Source: an uncultured delta proteobacterium (GTDB taxonomy: Bacteria > Desulfobacterota > Desulfobacteria > Desulfobacterales > SG8-13). Taken from it: 64,000 nucleotides of DNA. The translations under genes were made by a program, and so were the position numbers. Positions 1-10,687 of this stretch are shown piece after piece; within the stretch, counting starts at the first letter, position 1; each line of letters begins with the position of its first letter. The stretch covers positions 310,001 through 374,000 of the forward strand of contig CAWKCK010000002.1 in NCBI GenBank assembly GCA_963848135.1, read 5' to 3'. Below the pieces are notes generated by a model that saw only the letters and a list, made by a program, of their open reading frames with translations, was not told the origin of the DNA and made no database searches.

Positions 1-2307
1 TAAAAAAATAATCTCATCATTCCATTCCTTGACGGCAATATTGAAATTTTTGACGCGTGGTAAAAACTGCGCCAGGTCTGTCAATTCGTGATAATGGGTC
101 GCGAAAAGGGTTTTGACACCCCTGCCTCCTCCCAAATCGTGCAAATGCTCCGCGACGGCCCAGGCAATGCTGAGCCCGTCAAAGGTGCTTGTCCCTCGGC
201 CGATCTCATCCATTATCACAAGGCTCATACCCGTGGCGTTGTTAAGAATGTTCGCTGTTTCCTGCATTTCAACCATGAAAGTGCTCTGGCCCTGGGACAG
301 GTTGTCGAGAGCGCCGACGCGGGTGAAAATCCTGTCTGTCAAACAAATCGAGGCTTTGCTGGCCGGCACGAAACTGCCCATATGAGCCATTAAAACAAGC
401 AGCGCCACTTGCCGCAGCACGGTCGACTTTCCGGCCATGTTAGGGCCGGTAATTATCATCACCTGATTCTCAAAGTTGTCGAGCTGTATGCTATTGGGAA
501 CAAATCTTTCCCCGGTGATCATTTTTTCGATGACGGGGTGACGCCCATCGGTAATGTCTATTCCGCCGTCGACATTGATAGCCGGACGGCAGTAGCCATT
601 CTGGTCGGCAATTTCGGCCAGGTTCAATAGGCAATCCAACCGGGCAATAAAGCCGGCCGTTTTCTGTATACTGGCATTGAGGTGGATGACCTCTGTCCGC
701 ATCTCCTGAAAAATCTCGTATTCAAGAGCCGCCCGTTGATCCTCGGCATTCAAGACCTTCGTTTCAAATTTTTTAAGCTCATCCGTAATGTATCTCTCTG
801 CATTGACAAGGGTCTGTTTGCGGACATAATTGGGGGGGACGTTTTCAATACGTGATTTGGGCACTTCGATGAAATATCCGAACACCTTGTTGTAGCGGAC
901 CTTTAGCGCGGAAATCCCCGTCGCTTCCCTCTCCTGTACCTCCAGTCGTGTCAACCAGCCTTTACCGTCACGGCTGATGCGCACCAGTTCATCCAGCTCG
1001 GCATGATAGCCGGTCTTGATCATCCCGCCTTCATTGACGGTCAATGGTGCATCGTCACGAATCGCAGCTTCGATTCTCTCCGCCAGATGAATATGGGGAC
1101 CCCAGTCTTGCCCCGATTCAAAAAGTGTTGCCTCGAGCTGACCGGCAAGTGACTCGATTTCCGGTAACGTTTGCAGTGAACGCTTCAGGGCCAAAAAATC
1201 TCTGGCATTACAATGTCCCATGGTGATCTTGCTGCACAGCCGCTCCATATCGGCGACTGACTTTAGAACGTTCTGTAGTTTTTTGCGAATGCCCTGAGCT
1301 TTTTTCCCCTCCGCAACGGCATCCAAACGCGTATTGATTTCAACGGCATCGATGGAGGGGTAGCGCAACCATTTTTTCAACAACCGTCCGCCCATGGCGG
1401 TCAGCGTCCGATCGAGCACGTTGAGCAAGGTACCCCGTTGCGATCCGGACCGTATGTTGCTTATCAGTTCGAGATTTCTGCAGCTCAAATCATCGATCCA
1501 CAGGTATTGATCAAGAAAATAGGTTTCAATACCACCGATATGCTGCACTGATTGTTTCTGTGTCTCCTGCACGTAAGCCAGAAGAGCACCGGCCGCCCGG
1601 ACGCCAGACCGTAAATTTTCGCATCCAAATCCTTCCAGCGATACGGTACCGAATTGCTGCAACAACCCTTCCCGGCAAGATCGATAGCCAAAGTTGGTGT
1701 CGGGCATAAAAGATAGGGACCGTTCTCCCATCGTTTCCATGAAAACGGTGAAACTTCTGTCCGTCTTCAAAGATTCGGGCAACACGATTTCACTGGGCGA
1801 TATTCTGAGGCTCTCGGCGATCACCAGGTCAAATTTTCCGGATTCAGTGAGCCGGAAAGTACCGGTTGACAGATCCAGGCTGGCCAACCCAAGAACCTCG
1901 GAATCTCGGGCTACGGCCAGAATAAAATTATGCGTCTTTTCATCCAAAAACTCGTTTTCGACAAGCATGCCCGGCGTGATCACCCGAACGACTTCCCTCT
2001 TGACCAAACCTTTGGCGACTGCCGGATCTTCGACCTGATCACAGACGGCAACTTTGAGTCCCGCGTCGAGTAAACGTGCGATGTAGCCCTTGGCGGCCTT
2101 ATGAGGCACACCGCACATCGGGATCGGTGAGTCGTCTTTTTTGTTGCGCGATGTTAATGTGATTTCTAGAATGCCAGCCGCTCTTTCGGCATCTTCGAAG
2201 AACATTTCATAGAAATCACCCATCCTGTAGAACAAAATAGCGTCGGGATACTGCCCCTTGATGGACAGATACTGATTCATCATGGGGGTGGTTTTCGGTG
2301 GGCTCAT
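1..2307 (-). CDS. mutS: DNA mismatch repair protein MutS (3' end outside window)
   Basis: Not in the ORF track because it has no stop in the window. Manual translation from ATG at 2307 gives MSPPKTTPMMNQYLSIKGQYPDAILFYRMGDFYEMFFEDA. The Walker A region ITGPNMAGKST lies near 410-460 and DEIGRGTST near 190-220. Confidence 0.97.
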   Translation of the reverse strand, partial: MSPPKTTPMMNQYLSIKGQYPDAILFYRMGDFYEMFFEDAERAAGILEITLTSRNKKDDSPIPMCGVPHKAAKGYIARLLDAGLKVAVCDQVEDPAVAKGLVKREVVRVITPGMLVENEFLDEKTHNFILAVARDSEVLGLASLDLSTGTFRLTESGKFDLVIAESLRISPSEIVLPESLKTDRSFTVFMETMGERSLSFMPDTNFGYRSCREGLLQQFGTVSLEGFGCENLRSGVRAAGALLAYVQETQKQSVQHIGGIETYFLDQYLWIDDLSCRNLELISNIRSGSQRGTLLNVLDRTLTAMGGRLLKKWLRYPSIDAVEINTRLDAVAEGKKAQGIRKKLQNVLKSVADMERLCSKITMGHCNARDFLALKRSLQTLPEIESLAGQLEATLFESGQDWGPHIHLAERIEAAIRDDAPLTVNEGGMIKTGYHAELDELVRISRDGKGWLTRLEVQEREATGISALKVRYNKVFGYFIEVPKSRIENVPPNYVRKQTLVNAERYITDELKKFETKVLNAEDQRAALEYEIFQEMRTEVIHLNASIQKTAGFIARLDCLLNLAEIADQNGYCRPAINVDGGIDITDGRHPVIEKMITGERFVPNSIQLDNFENQVMIITGPNMAGKSTVLRQVALLVLMAHMGSFVPASKASICLTDRIFTRVGALDNLSQGQSTFMVEMQETANILNNATGMSLVIMDEIGRGTSTFDGLSIAWAVAEHLHDLGGGRGVKTLFATHYHELTDLAQFLPRVKNFNIAVKEWNDEIIFL

Positions 2308-2381
2308 GGATGATTAAATTCTGCTTGATAGCGGCAGGACGTGTTGCCGACGGGTCTGTCTCTCGGCATCCAATCCGGTTT

Positions 2382-2786
2382 TTACTGTTTTATTTCAGAA
2401 TCGTCCGGATTGATGACGACTGTTTTGGCGTCCGGGTCCGCAGTCGGCAGGGCCTCGGGCACCGGAGCCCCTTTGATGGTGCCCAGTTCACTCTCGAGGG
2501 AAGCGATCTTTTCAGTATGTTCGGTCACCTGGGCATTGAGAATTTTTGTCTTCTTTCTCGTCTTCAAACCGTGGGCGGTAAGGAAGTAAAATCCCAGAAG
2601 CAATCCGGCCAGAAAACAGATTCCGCTGAAATAAACAATTTCCAGTTCTGGGGTTTTGTATTCAGCGAATATCAGGTTGAGGCTCAGAGTCTGCTTGGTC
2701 TTTAAAAAAAACTCCTGATTTTGGTAGATCAAAACGATAACGAACGCAATAATGAGCACCCAGACAGCCATTTTAACCTTTTTCAT
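2382..2786 (-). CDS. LapA-family small membrane protein (two TM segments plus coiled coil)
   Basis: TM-QN-loop-TM-coiled-coil layout typical of LapA/DUF1049. A GGAG RBS precedes ATG 2786. Confidence 0.7.
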   Translation of the reverse strand: MKKVKMAVWVLIIAFVIVLIYQNQEFFLKTKQTLSLNLIFAEYKTPELEIVYFSGICFLAGLLLGFYFLTAHGLKTRKKTKILNAQVTEHTEKIASLESELGTIKGAPVPEALPTADPDAKTVVINPDDSEIKQ

Positions 2787-2848
2787 ATTGATCTCCATCC
2801 GCTATAATTTGAATTAATCAAAGAGATTATGCTCTTTGGACTCAAAAC

Positions 2849-3598
2849 TCAACCTTTTTTTGGCTTTAGCGGTTCAAGCGTCACGTCACCCCAGCAGCCG
2901 ATTCGATCGCCAAGGATGATCACCATTCCGGTCACCCCATCTATCGTTCGTCCGTATTCGATAGCCTTCGGGATGTCGTCAGCCGTGCGTACGCAGTTTC
3001 CAATGGCCGTTGCCGCGGCATCAGCCAAAGCACAGTTGGGAGAAACAATACATACGGCATCGGAATTGCCCGTGCTCTTGGAATGCCCCACCGTCCCCGA
3101 GGACGTGCAGATACCAATCGGCATCTTTCTACTGTCCAGCCTCAGACCCACACGCAGGCTAAGCGGAGAAGAACCCGCATAGATACCCATAACAAGGGGG
3201 CTGCCTGTCTTGATAAAAATATCGCCGCCATTCTCTACAATCACCTGGGGGGTATGAGAAAGAAGCTCGTGACCTACGCTGGCGGCAATGGCACCGGCGA
3301 CAGCTGCCATCGGACCGACACCCGCCGTGGACGAAGCCAATATCATGTCGTGAACGATGGCCGGAGCCGGTTCGTCATTCGATACGGGAACCAGGGAATC
3401 GAGAAACAACGGGTTGCGCCGTATGAATCCCTCAATGAATCCCCGGTATTGGACCACCAGTTCGAGTGCTAGATCCGTCAGGTTCCTTTGGGAATGAATC
3501 TGAAGATCGGTCTCCTTAACCACTACTCTGAATTTCCTGAGACCTGTCGGCTGCCCCATGGCACGATAGAATCGATTCTGAGCGGTAATAATTTTCAT
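2849..3598 (-). CDS. UPF0280 family protein (ApbE superfamily)
   Basis: Motifs GPMAAVAGAIA, VENGGDI, GICTSSGTVGHS and ALADAAATAIGN. Confidence 0.9.
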   Translation of the reverse strand: MKIITAQNRFYRAMGQPTGLRKFRVVVKETDLQIHSQRNLTDLALELVVQYRGFIEGFIRRNPLFLDSLVPVSNDEPAPAIVHDMILASSTAGVGPMAAVAGAIAASVGHELLSHTPQVIVENGGDIFIKTGSPLVMGIYAGSSPLSLRVGLRLDSRKMPIGICTSSGTVGHSKSTGNSDAVCIVSPNCALADAAATAIGNCVRTADDIPKAIEYGRTIDGVTGMVIILGDRIGCWGDVTLEPLKPKKG

Positions 3599-3654
3599 AT
3601 CAACTTCTCGCAGATACGGCCAAATGGGATATCCGGACAAAGAAACGTCACGAG

Positions 3655-4836
3655 CTACCATACCGTCGGTTTCGGCCGAACATTCTCGGGGCACAATCTC
3701 AGAAAATACTGATCGGTCATACCGGCAATAAAATCCCGGACAATCTCGTAATTCGTATGCTGGGTCAAGTACGCCGGGGACATGTCTTTTAGGAACTGGC
3801 TGAAGATGACAGAGGTTGTATTTTTATTCTCAAGATCCGTCAGGAACCTGTCATACAGTAATTCGAACAAACTTTTTATCGTGCCCAGGTGGGTCTTAAT
3901 TTTCGGGTTCATGTAAATGTGTTCGAGGTTAAAATTTTTCAGCTCCAGCAGGGCCTCCGAGGCCTCGGGGCTGAAAGTGACGTATTGCTTTTGGTAGCTG
4001 CTTTTGATGACGTCCGAGACAAGATTGAAGACGATGGTGCCATTGGTGTTCCCGAGTAACTGGACGCATTTTGCGGGAATTTCCGAACGTTTTACAAGAC
4101 CTAAACGAATGGCATCCTCGATATCCCGGCCGATGTAGCTGATGGTGTCCGTCATCCGGACCACACATCCTTCCAGGGTCATCGGCATCAGGGACGTATC
4201 CGGGTCTCTAATTTTGGATTGCGCCTCTTTCTCCAGGTCTGCAAAATCCTTTTTGCGGTGCGGTGTCAGCTGCATATTGTGAACCTCACCGTCGTGGGTC
4301 AGAATGCCGTCAAGCGTCTGTTGGCAAAGGTTCCAGCCTTTACCCTTCCTCTCGACCCGATCGAGGAACTGTACGCTCTGCACGTTGTGGTGAAAATATC
4401 CAATGCCGTTATCATGGCAGATCTGAGAAAGTATCCGTTCACCGTCGTGTCCGAAAGGAATGTGACCGATATCGTGTCCCAGCGCTATGGCTTCGATGAG
4501 ATCCTCATTGAGGCTCAGAAAACGTCCGATTGTACGGGCAATTTTTGAAACCAACTGGACATGCAATACACGGTGGGTGATATGATCGTTTTCGATAAGG
4601 TAGAAGACTTGGGTCTTATCGATATATCGGGTATAGGCCAATGAATGCAGGATCCGGTCGGCATCGATCGAAAACGGCTGTCGGTAACCTTCCTCGAGCA
4701 GTGGTTCCTCGCGCCGACGCCGCCCTTCAGAATTCAGCGTCGCTTCGGCAGAGAGTACCGTTTTTTCAAGCCGATTCAGATCTGCGGTGATGCCTCTCAG
4801 TGAAGGGCCGGCGTGGGGGGTGTCATATGTCGCCAT
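3655..4836 (-). CDS. dGTP triphosphohydrolase-like HD-domain protein
   Basis: Motifs DRILHS..Y.RY.DKTQVF, LGHDIGHIPFGHDGE and DFIAGMTD. Confidence 0.9.
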   Translation of the reverse strand: MATYDTPHAGPSLRGITADLNRLEKTVLSAEATLNSEGRRRREEPLLEEGYRQPFSIDADRILHSLAYTRYIDKTQVFYLIENDHITHRVLHVQLVSKIARTIGRFLSLNEDLIEAIALGHDIGHIPFGHDGERILSQICHDNGIGYFHHNVQSVQFLDRVERKGKGWNLCQQTLDGILTHDGEVHNMQLTPHRKKDFADLEKEAQSKIRDPDTSLMPMTLEGCVVRMTDTISYIGRDIEDAIRLGLVKRSEIPAKCVQLLGNTNGTIVFNLVSDVIKSSYQKQYVTFSPEASEALLELKNFNLEHIYMNPKIKTHLGTIKSLFELLYDRFLTDLENKNTTSVIFSQFLKDMSPAYLTQHTNYEIVRDFIAGMTDQYFLRLCPENVRPKPTVW

Positions 4837-5638
4837 TTTCGATCATTCGCTCCATCAACTCCGTATAATTGATTCCGGCCGCTCGGAAACCTTCTTTACC
4901 ATACTTCATATTGGCTTCAAGGACCATGAAACGGCCGTTTCCAAGGCAGATATCTATTCCGACATCGTCCCAACCGCATTCTCGCGCCGTATGCAGGGCC
5001 AAGGATAGAGCGGTTTCTGGCACTGTATCAAGCGAAATTCGGCCGCCGAGGGCAACATTGCTTCTGAATTCATGGGGCGGGTTGATACGCCAGTAGGCAT
5101 GTGCGATCCGTTTGCCGATGACGACCACACGGATGTCACGGTCAATGCGCTGATATTCCTGTATGTATGCCGGATGTGGCCTTTCAAGATAGGTATCGAG
5201 TTCCTCTTTATTTTGTATCAAAAAAACACCCCGCCCCAAGGCCGATCCCCGCGGCACCTTGGCAATAAGTGGAAAGCCGAATTGGTCGGGTATCTTCGTC
5301 TTCTGCCGCTTTCCGTAATAAACACGCGTGGGGGGATGGGGGATGTCGAGCAAGGCGAACAACGCCGACTGTTTTATTTTGTCCTGTACGAATTTATATG
5401 TGTGATAGCTCGGAAATGTTCTTTTCCCGATGGTATCGAACAATTCTGCATAAAAATTCGATGGGTAATAAATCTTGTCCGCATCACGTATTCGTTGCTG
5501 ATCGCCGACGCTGTATTCCGAAAAATTGGTTTTAACGCCGAGTGTCACGACATTGCGACAGTTTTTCAATCGCCCCTCAAGTGCAATTACCTTTAATTTA
5601 GTATCCATGGCGTGACGGATAGGGTTATCGTTCTTCAA
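4823..5638 (-). CDS. RimK-family ATP-grasp ligase
   Basis: Motifs DKIKQ, AK..GS.GRGVFL, YIQEY, DIRVVVIG, FRSNVALGG, GIDI and VLEAN. Confidence 0.88.
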   Translation of the reverse strand: MKNDNPIRHAMDTKLKVIALEGRLKNCRNVVTLGVKTNFSEYSVGDQQRIRDADKIYYPSNFYAELFDTIGKRTFPSYHTYKFVQDKIKQSALFALLDIPHPPTRVYYGKRQKTKIPDQFGFPLIAKVPRGSALGRGVFLIQNKEELDTYLERPHPAYIQEYQRIDRDIRVVVIGKRIAHAYWRINPPHEFRSNVALGGRISLDTVPETALSLALHTARECGWDDVGIDICLGNGRFMVLEANMKYGKEGFRAAGINYTELMERMIENGDI

Positions 5639-6107
5639 ACAATATCTTGATCAATTTCAGGCCGCGTTCGGTGTGGCTACCGGCCCAATATATTTTCCGA
5701 CAGCGCCAACATTGGCAGAATTTGTCACAATGCTCCCAAACATAGTCAGGGATGGCGTAACGCACCCTTTTTCTATCGACCGGTTCGATAAGGGTATTGC
5801 AAACAAGGCAACGAGAATAGGGATTGATATCTTTCTTTGAAATATCGAGCGCCCGGATAACTTCCCTTATTTGTTGGGCCGGTTCGTTGGCTTGAATGAA
5901 AAGGCATCTATTTCCCTTAAGTTGTTCGTACTGCTTGCGGGTGCGGGTGAGTCGATAGCGTTCACGGTCCGATGCCGTTCCCGAATGATTTATTCGGCTT
6001 TGATCCTCGCAGGTGTCGAACCCAAGTAAGCGCAACCATTTGGTGAGTTTTCCAAGAGTTTTTTCAGTGGCAAATTTGACTGGCAGCGGTTTTTTTTTCA
6101 ACGTCAT
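5625..6107 (-). CDS. Mut7-C RNase domain protein (PIN-like plus Zn ribbon)
   Basis: Motifs LGKLTKWLRLLGFDT, SRCLVCN and CWRCRKIYWAGSH. Confidence 0.88.
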   Translation of the reverse strand: MTLKKKPLPVKFATEKTLGKLTKWLRLLGFDTCEDQSRINHSGTASDRERYRLTRTRKQYEQLKGNRCLFIQANEPAQQIREVIRALDISKKDINPYSRCLVCNTLIEPVDRKRVRYAIPDYVWEHCDKFCQCWRCRKIYWAGSHTERGLKLIKILFEER

Positions 6108-6550
6108 AATTGTAAAATTTTTTGATAGGCATTCTGTATCTGTTTGAACCGCTCTTCTGCAAGTGTCTTGAATTCTTCCCCGAGGTGGGCGACCTTGTCG
6201 GGGTGATACCGGCTGACCAGTTCCCGGTAGGTTTTCTTAATGTGGGCCTCACTATCCGATCTGTCGACCCCTAGTACGGTATAAGGATCGCTACTCTCAA
6301 ATCGATCGGCGGAGTGCGTTTCATCGTTTTCAAAGGTCTCTTTGTTTTTGTTCTTGTCTTTAGGAAATGTGGTCGTGCCGTCCGGCTCGCCAGGCCGCGT
6401 TCTATTATACTGCAAATAGAGAAACCGCAACAGTAGACCCCATACGATAAGGTCATCCACCCAACCCAAACCGGTGATAAAATCCGGCAACAGGTCGTAT
6501 GGAAACAGTGTGTATATTAAAGCCAGAAGGACGTACAACCATTTTTTCAT
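6104..6550 (-). CDS. DUF1232 (YkvA-like) membrane domain plus DnaJ domain protein
   Basis: N-terminal Y..FPYDLLPDFI.GLGWVDD. C-terminal J-domain DPYTVLGV...YHPDK. Confidence 0.88.
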   Translation of the reverse strand: MKKWLYVLLALIYTLFPYDLLPDFITGLGWVDDLIVWGLLLRFLYLQYNRTRPGEPDGTTTFPKDKNKNKETFENDETHSADRFESSDPYTVLGVDRSDSEAHIKKTYRELVSRYHPDKVAHLGEEFKTLAEERFKQIQNAYQKILQL

Positions 6551-6781
6551 TGATAAAAGACACCCTCATATCCGCATCATTTCGTATGTAAATATAGGTA
6601 ATTAACACCCGTAAATCAACGCACAACTGTTATCATTTTCAAATTTCTTAGGCCCAGTATATAACCATATATCTGATCGCAGGTTGTGGACGTGCAACAG
6701 GCGGTATTGTTTCCCGGTCTCAACCGTGGTGTCATCGTTTTTCTTCCGGCTACAAGGTCGGCGATACCACCGGGCAGAGAA

Positions 6782-7681
6782 TCAGAAATCGTCCTCTTCA
6801 TCACGGTAACGGTATTTTTTAATCCGAAAACGAACGAAGCCGATCACTGTCAACAGAGCCGCCGCAAGGAACAGGATCTCGTAAAGGTATCCCGCCAGCA
6901 GTGCCATAAAAGCGGCCGGCCTCTCCTGTGAGGAAATCCACAGTTTTTCTAACTCCTGCATGGAAATCGACAGGCTTCGGTGTACGGATTCTTCTATTCC
7001 GGAACCTTCCTTGAGGTATCCAAGAATTTTTACGATCTTATCCGCCCCGAAGGTATCGGCGATGAAGCCTACCACGCTGCGGCTCTGGGCATAGGCTAAT
7101 ATCAGCGCTTGATCGTCAGTGGGGAAATCTTCCGCCAGGATCGCCAGCGGTATTATCGAACCGGACAGAATCGCCTCTGTCAGCATGGCCGGTCGCGGTT
7201 CCTCCAGCAAATCGGCCACCCCGTCACTGGCCCATTGAGCCACACCCTCATCCAGCCATCTCGGTATCCGGTTGCCGGAGATATACGCATGCAGGTAAAG
7301 ATGGACCATTTCGTGTTTGAGAAGGCTTTTACCTCGGAGAGGGTGCCGGTTGAGCCGACCATAATCGATAACGATCAGGTTGTCAGACGGCACGGCATAT
7401 GCGGCGATCAACGGATGCCGCGCCAATTGACGGAAGGTTTCTCTGGTTTGGACCAGAACAACGGTAGGACGTTGGGGTAGGATCCATCCGAACAGGGCTT
7501 GAAGCTCGGCTTTTATCGCGGGTATATCATTCGCCAGATCGTTTGCCGCCGCTGCCAGCGGCATTTCAAAACGAAAAGTACTGTCTGGGCGGTCAAACGT
7601 TCCAAAAGATGTATCTGCTAGAGAGAAAACCGGTGTCAGTACCACACCCATCACCAGCAATATGATCTTGGTGATACCCAC
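6782..7681 (-). CDS. Peptidase MA-like (gluzincin) metallohydrolase, exported with C-terminal TM anchor
   Basis: Signal peptide, HEMVH and WLDEG motifs, C-terminal TM followed by a basic/acidic tail. Confidence 0.8.
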   Translation of the reverse strand: MGITKIILLVMGVVLTPVFSLADTSFGTFDRPDSTFRFEMPLAAAANDLANDIPAIKAELQALFGWILPQRPTVVLVQTRETFRQLARHPLIAAYAVPSDNLIVIDYGRLNRHPLRGKSLLKHEMVHLYLHAYISGNRIPRWLDEGVAQWASDGVADLLEEPRPAMLTEAILSGSIIPLAILAEDFPTDDQALILAYAQSRSVVGFIADTFGADKIVKILGYLKEGSGIEESVHRSLSISMQELEKLWISSQERPAAFMALLAGYLYEILFLAAALLTVIGFVRFRIKKYRYRDEEDDF

Positions 7682-7751
7682 AATATCTCTTCTCCCTGTT
7701 CCATCATTGGGAATAAAGGCCTGTGAAAAGAGTTTGGTAAAATAAACGATC

Positions 7752-9047
7752 TTACGGTGCCAGGGCCAGGCTCAACTGCGGCACATAAGTAATCAACAGA
7801 AGCAGGATAAAAAGCAATGCCAGATAAGGTAAAGACGCTTTATAGAGCTGTACAACGGGTTTGTTGAATTTTAAGCTAGCGATAAATAAATTGATGCCCA
7901 CCGGCGGTGTCGAATAGCCAATTTCGAGGTTAACCAGAAAGATGATGCACAGATGCACGGGGTCAACACCGTATGTCAGAGCTATGGGAACGATAATCGG
8001 TACGATGATAATAATGGCCGAAAATATATCCATTATGCAGCCGACGGCCAGTAGAAAAAGGTTGAGTCCGGCCAGGAAAAGGTACTTGTTCTGGGTCAGG
8101 GACGTCAGATAACCCAGGAGGCGATTGGGAATCTGTTCGTCCACCAAATACCCGGTGAACCCGAGCGCAAAACCCAAAATAACGATTATGGCGCCGGAAA
8201 GTATGGCACTCTCGATCATAATCCCCGGTAGCTGACGCCGTAAAGCGATCTCCTTGCGAATAAAGCACGCCACGACAACCACATAGATCAGGATCACGGC
8301 GGCGATTTCATCGATGGTTACAAAGCCCCCGTAAACGCCGACGACGAGTACCAGGACAATCGGCCATTCCCAGATTCCGGCTTTGAAAGCCGCCGCTATT
8401 TGTGGCCAGCTGGTCGTATTGCGATGGGAATCGGTCTTTCTGGTGGAAGTGGTACATTTTCGATGAATCAACGCATAGAGTGACAGCGCTGAAACCAATA
8501 TGATACCGGGCAACAGGGCGGCTTTGAAAATATCGGCAATATCGATTTGTGAAATTACGCCATACAGAATTACCGGTAGGCTGGGGGGAAACAGCAACCC
8601 GAGGCTTCCCGAGGTCGTCAACAACCCCAGTGTGAAGGGCTCGCGGTACTCTTCCTGGCGCAATACGGGATAAAGGACGCTCCCCAGGGCCACAATGGTC
8701 ACCCCGCTGGCTCCGGTCAAAGCCGTAAAAAATGCGCAAGAGCACAGGGCCGCTATGGCAAGACCACCGGGCAGCCACCCGATCACTGTCTGCAGAAAAC
8801 TCATGATCCTTCGCGGTGCACTGGTTTCCGTAAGGAGAACCCCGGTAAATGTAAACAGTGGCAGGGCGACGAGAACCGGCATCGACGCCAGGCGGTTCAA
8901 TTCAATCACGATTGTCTGAAGCGCCATCCAGTCATTACTGACTGCATAGAGACAGAACACTGTCATCCCTGCGATGACAGTAAATAAAGGGGCTTCTAAC
9001 AACGCAAAACCGGCAATGACCACAATCCCCATTGTGAACAAATTCAC
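7752..9047 (-). CDS. TRAP transporter large permease (DctM family)
   Basis: Very hydrophobic. Motifs ALPLF, SGSLGLLFPPSLPVILYG and EIGYSTPPVGINLF. Confidence 0.93.
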   Translation of the reverse strand: MNLFTMGIVVIAGFALLEAPLFTVIAGMTVFCLYAVSNDWMALQTIVIELNRLASMPVLVALPLFTFTGVLLTETSAPRRIMSFLQTVIGWLPGGLAIAALCSCAFFTALTGASGVTIVALGSVLYPVLRQEEYREPFTLGLLTTSGSLGLLFPPSLPVILYGVISQIDIADIFKAALLPGIILVSALSLYALIHRKCTTSTRKTDSHRNTTSWPQIAAAFKAGIWEWPIVLVLVVGVYGGFVTIDEIAAVILIYVVVVACFIRKEIALRRQLPGIMIESAILSGAIIVILGFALGFTGYLVDEQIPNRLLGYLTSLTQNKYLFLAGLNLFLLAVGCIMDIFSAIIIIVPIIVPIALTYGVDPVHLCIIFLVNLEIGYSTPPVGINLFIASLKFNKPVVQLYKASLPYLALLFILLLLITYVPQLSLALAP

Positions 9048-9574
9048 AAATCCTCCCTTGAGGGGTGTGCAATGCCGGGCGGGTCGTCTTTTCCAGGTGG
9101 CCTGTCTCCCGGTCGATCTGGTTCGCCGGGGACAATGAAACTACTGGTTAGATAACGAAAACTGGCCAAGGCAAAGAAGGTTGGGAAAACAAGGGCGGTA
9201 GCACCACCGATTCCAAAAATGGCCCACTCGTTTTTTACAAAAGAAAGTGATGCAGCGAACAGGATCGCCATAACAGCCATCCCGAACAAACCGCTAATGA
9301 GCCGGGCCGTGCGGCGGGTCTTATGACCGGTGTAGCGCAGCAGGATTTCAAGCTTGATGTGCCGTCCCGTTTTCAGGGCCAGTGTCGCACCGAGCAGGGA
9401 AATCCAGAGAACAAGGGTGGGTGGCAGTTCCAGTGTCTCCTGCACGGAAACACCAAACAGATTTCGAACCAAGATGTTGAAGGCGATCAGGAGAACCAGG
9501 GCGGCAAACAGGGCCACCAGAATGGTTTTTTCCAGATATTCCAACGCGCTGTCGATCTTGGTCAGAAAATGCAT
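9044..9574 (-). CDS. TRAP transporter small permease (DctQ family)
   Basis: Four TM segments, GA.LA...GRHIKLE motif, located between dctP and dctM homologues. Confidence 0.9.
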   Translation of the reverse strand: MHFLTKIDSALEYLEKTILVALFAALVLLIAFNILVRNLFGVSVQETLELPPTLVLWISLLGATLALKTGRHIKLEILLRYTGHKTRRTARLISGLFGMAVMAILFAASLSFVKNEWAIFGIGGATALVFPTFFALASFRYLTSSFIVPGEPDRPGDRPPGKDDPPGIAHPSREDL

Positions 9575-9643
9575 GAGACAGAATCACATCTGAGGCCTTG
9601 CCCCGGAGCACCTGGCTGCGCCGGGATCGAGGCCAGGTTACTG

Positions 9644-10687
9644 TCACTGACGCTTGGCTTTCAGCAAGGCCGTCACCGAATCGAAAAGTTCCTGTGAATA
9701 AAGACTATTGACATTGTCGTCGTATATTTTCTGGGCGTTGGATGTGAACAGTTGAATTTGAGCTTTGGTGGGCGTCTCAAATACGATGCCGGCAACCTTA
9801 AGGGCCTCCCGGGCTTCCTGGTTGACCTGGCGGGATATCTGAATCAATTCGTCACAGAAAAGGGCCGAGGCGTCCCGTAACACCTTCTGGTGTTCCTCTG
9901 AGAGTGAATCGAATGTACTCTTCTTAATAAGAAAAGCGCCGGTGGAATTGACCAGTGGATAATCGAGCATATAATTTACTTTGGCGTGCCACTGATAGGC
10001 AATGGCAGCCGCGGGTGGCGCATAAAATGCGTTGATCATTCCGGTTTCCAAACCAGTATTGACATCGGTTAGCTGGAGCGGATAGGTCTTGATACCGAGC
10101 GTATTCATGCTGGATTTGGCCACTGGATCTCCCTTCCAGACCCACATCTTTAAGGGGCCAAAACCTTCGGGGCCGGTCATGCTTTCACTGGAAAACAGGT
10201 AAACGAATCCGGCTTCGGCAAATCCCAGCAGGACATATCCCTTTTTTTCGAATTCGGCTGCAAACTGGTCCTTCAAACGTGATTTTACCAAATCGACTTC
10301 TTTATAATTTTTATAGAGCAAGGGGGCTTCCAGTATGCGGATTTGGGGTACGAGAATCCCCAACCCAACCCCTGAAAATCCAGCGGCCTGAATCCGATTG
10401 GCCTGCATTTTCCTAAGAACGTCTGTTTCATCTCCACTGATTCCACCAGCGTAAATCACGAAGGATACGGTCCCGCCGGTTCGGTGCCGAATGTCATCAG
10501 CCAATTTGTAGAGGGAATTTGTCCACGGGCTGCCTTCGGGAGTAATGAGAGCGACTTTGATTATGGTCTCACTACCGACAGCCGCCGCTGGACTCAGCCA
10601 AACCACTAAAAATACCAATAGGACAAATTCGATCAAGGCGATGTGATATCGTCTATTATTCTCCATCATGTCATCCTTACTTATCAA
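9644..10687 (-). CDS. TRAP substrate-binding protein (DctP family, TPAT P component)
   Basis: Signal-like N-terminus. Motifs PEGSPW, YAGG..GDE.DVLRKM and DV.TGLETGMI. Confidence 0.9.
   Translation of the reverse strand: MISKDDMMENNRRYHIALIEFVLLVFLVVWLSPAAAVGSETIIKVALITPEGSPWTNSLYKLADDIRHRTGGTVSFVIYAGGISGDETDVLRKMQANRIQAAGFSGVGLGILVPQIRILEAPLLYKNYKEVDLVKSRLKDQFAAEFEKKGYVLLGFAEAGFVYLFSSESMTGPEGFGPLKMWVWKGDPVAKSSMNTLGIKTYPLQLTDVNTGLETGMINAFYAPPAAAIAYQWHAKVNYMLDYPLVNSTGAFLIKKSTFDSLSEEHQKVLRDASALFCDELIQISRQVNQEAREALKVAGIVFETPTKAQIQLFTSNAQKIYDDNVNSLYSQELFDSVTALLKAKRQ

Noticed and set aside
88..2038. Several plus-strand ORFs in the track at the left edge
   Set aside because: They are antisense shadows of mutS, which occupies 1-2307 on the minus strand.
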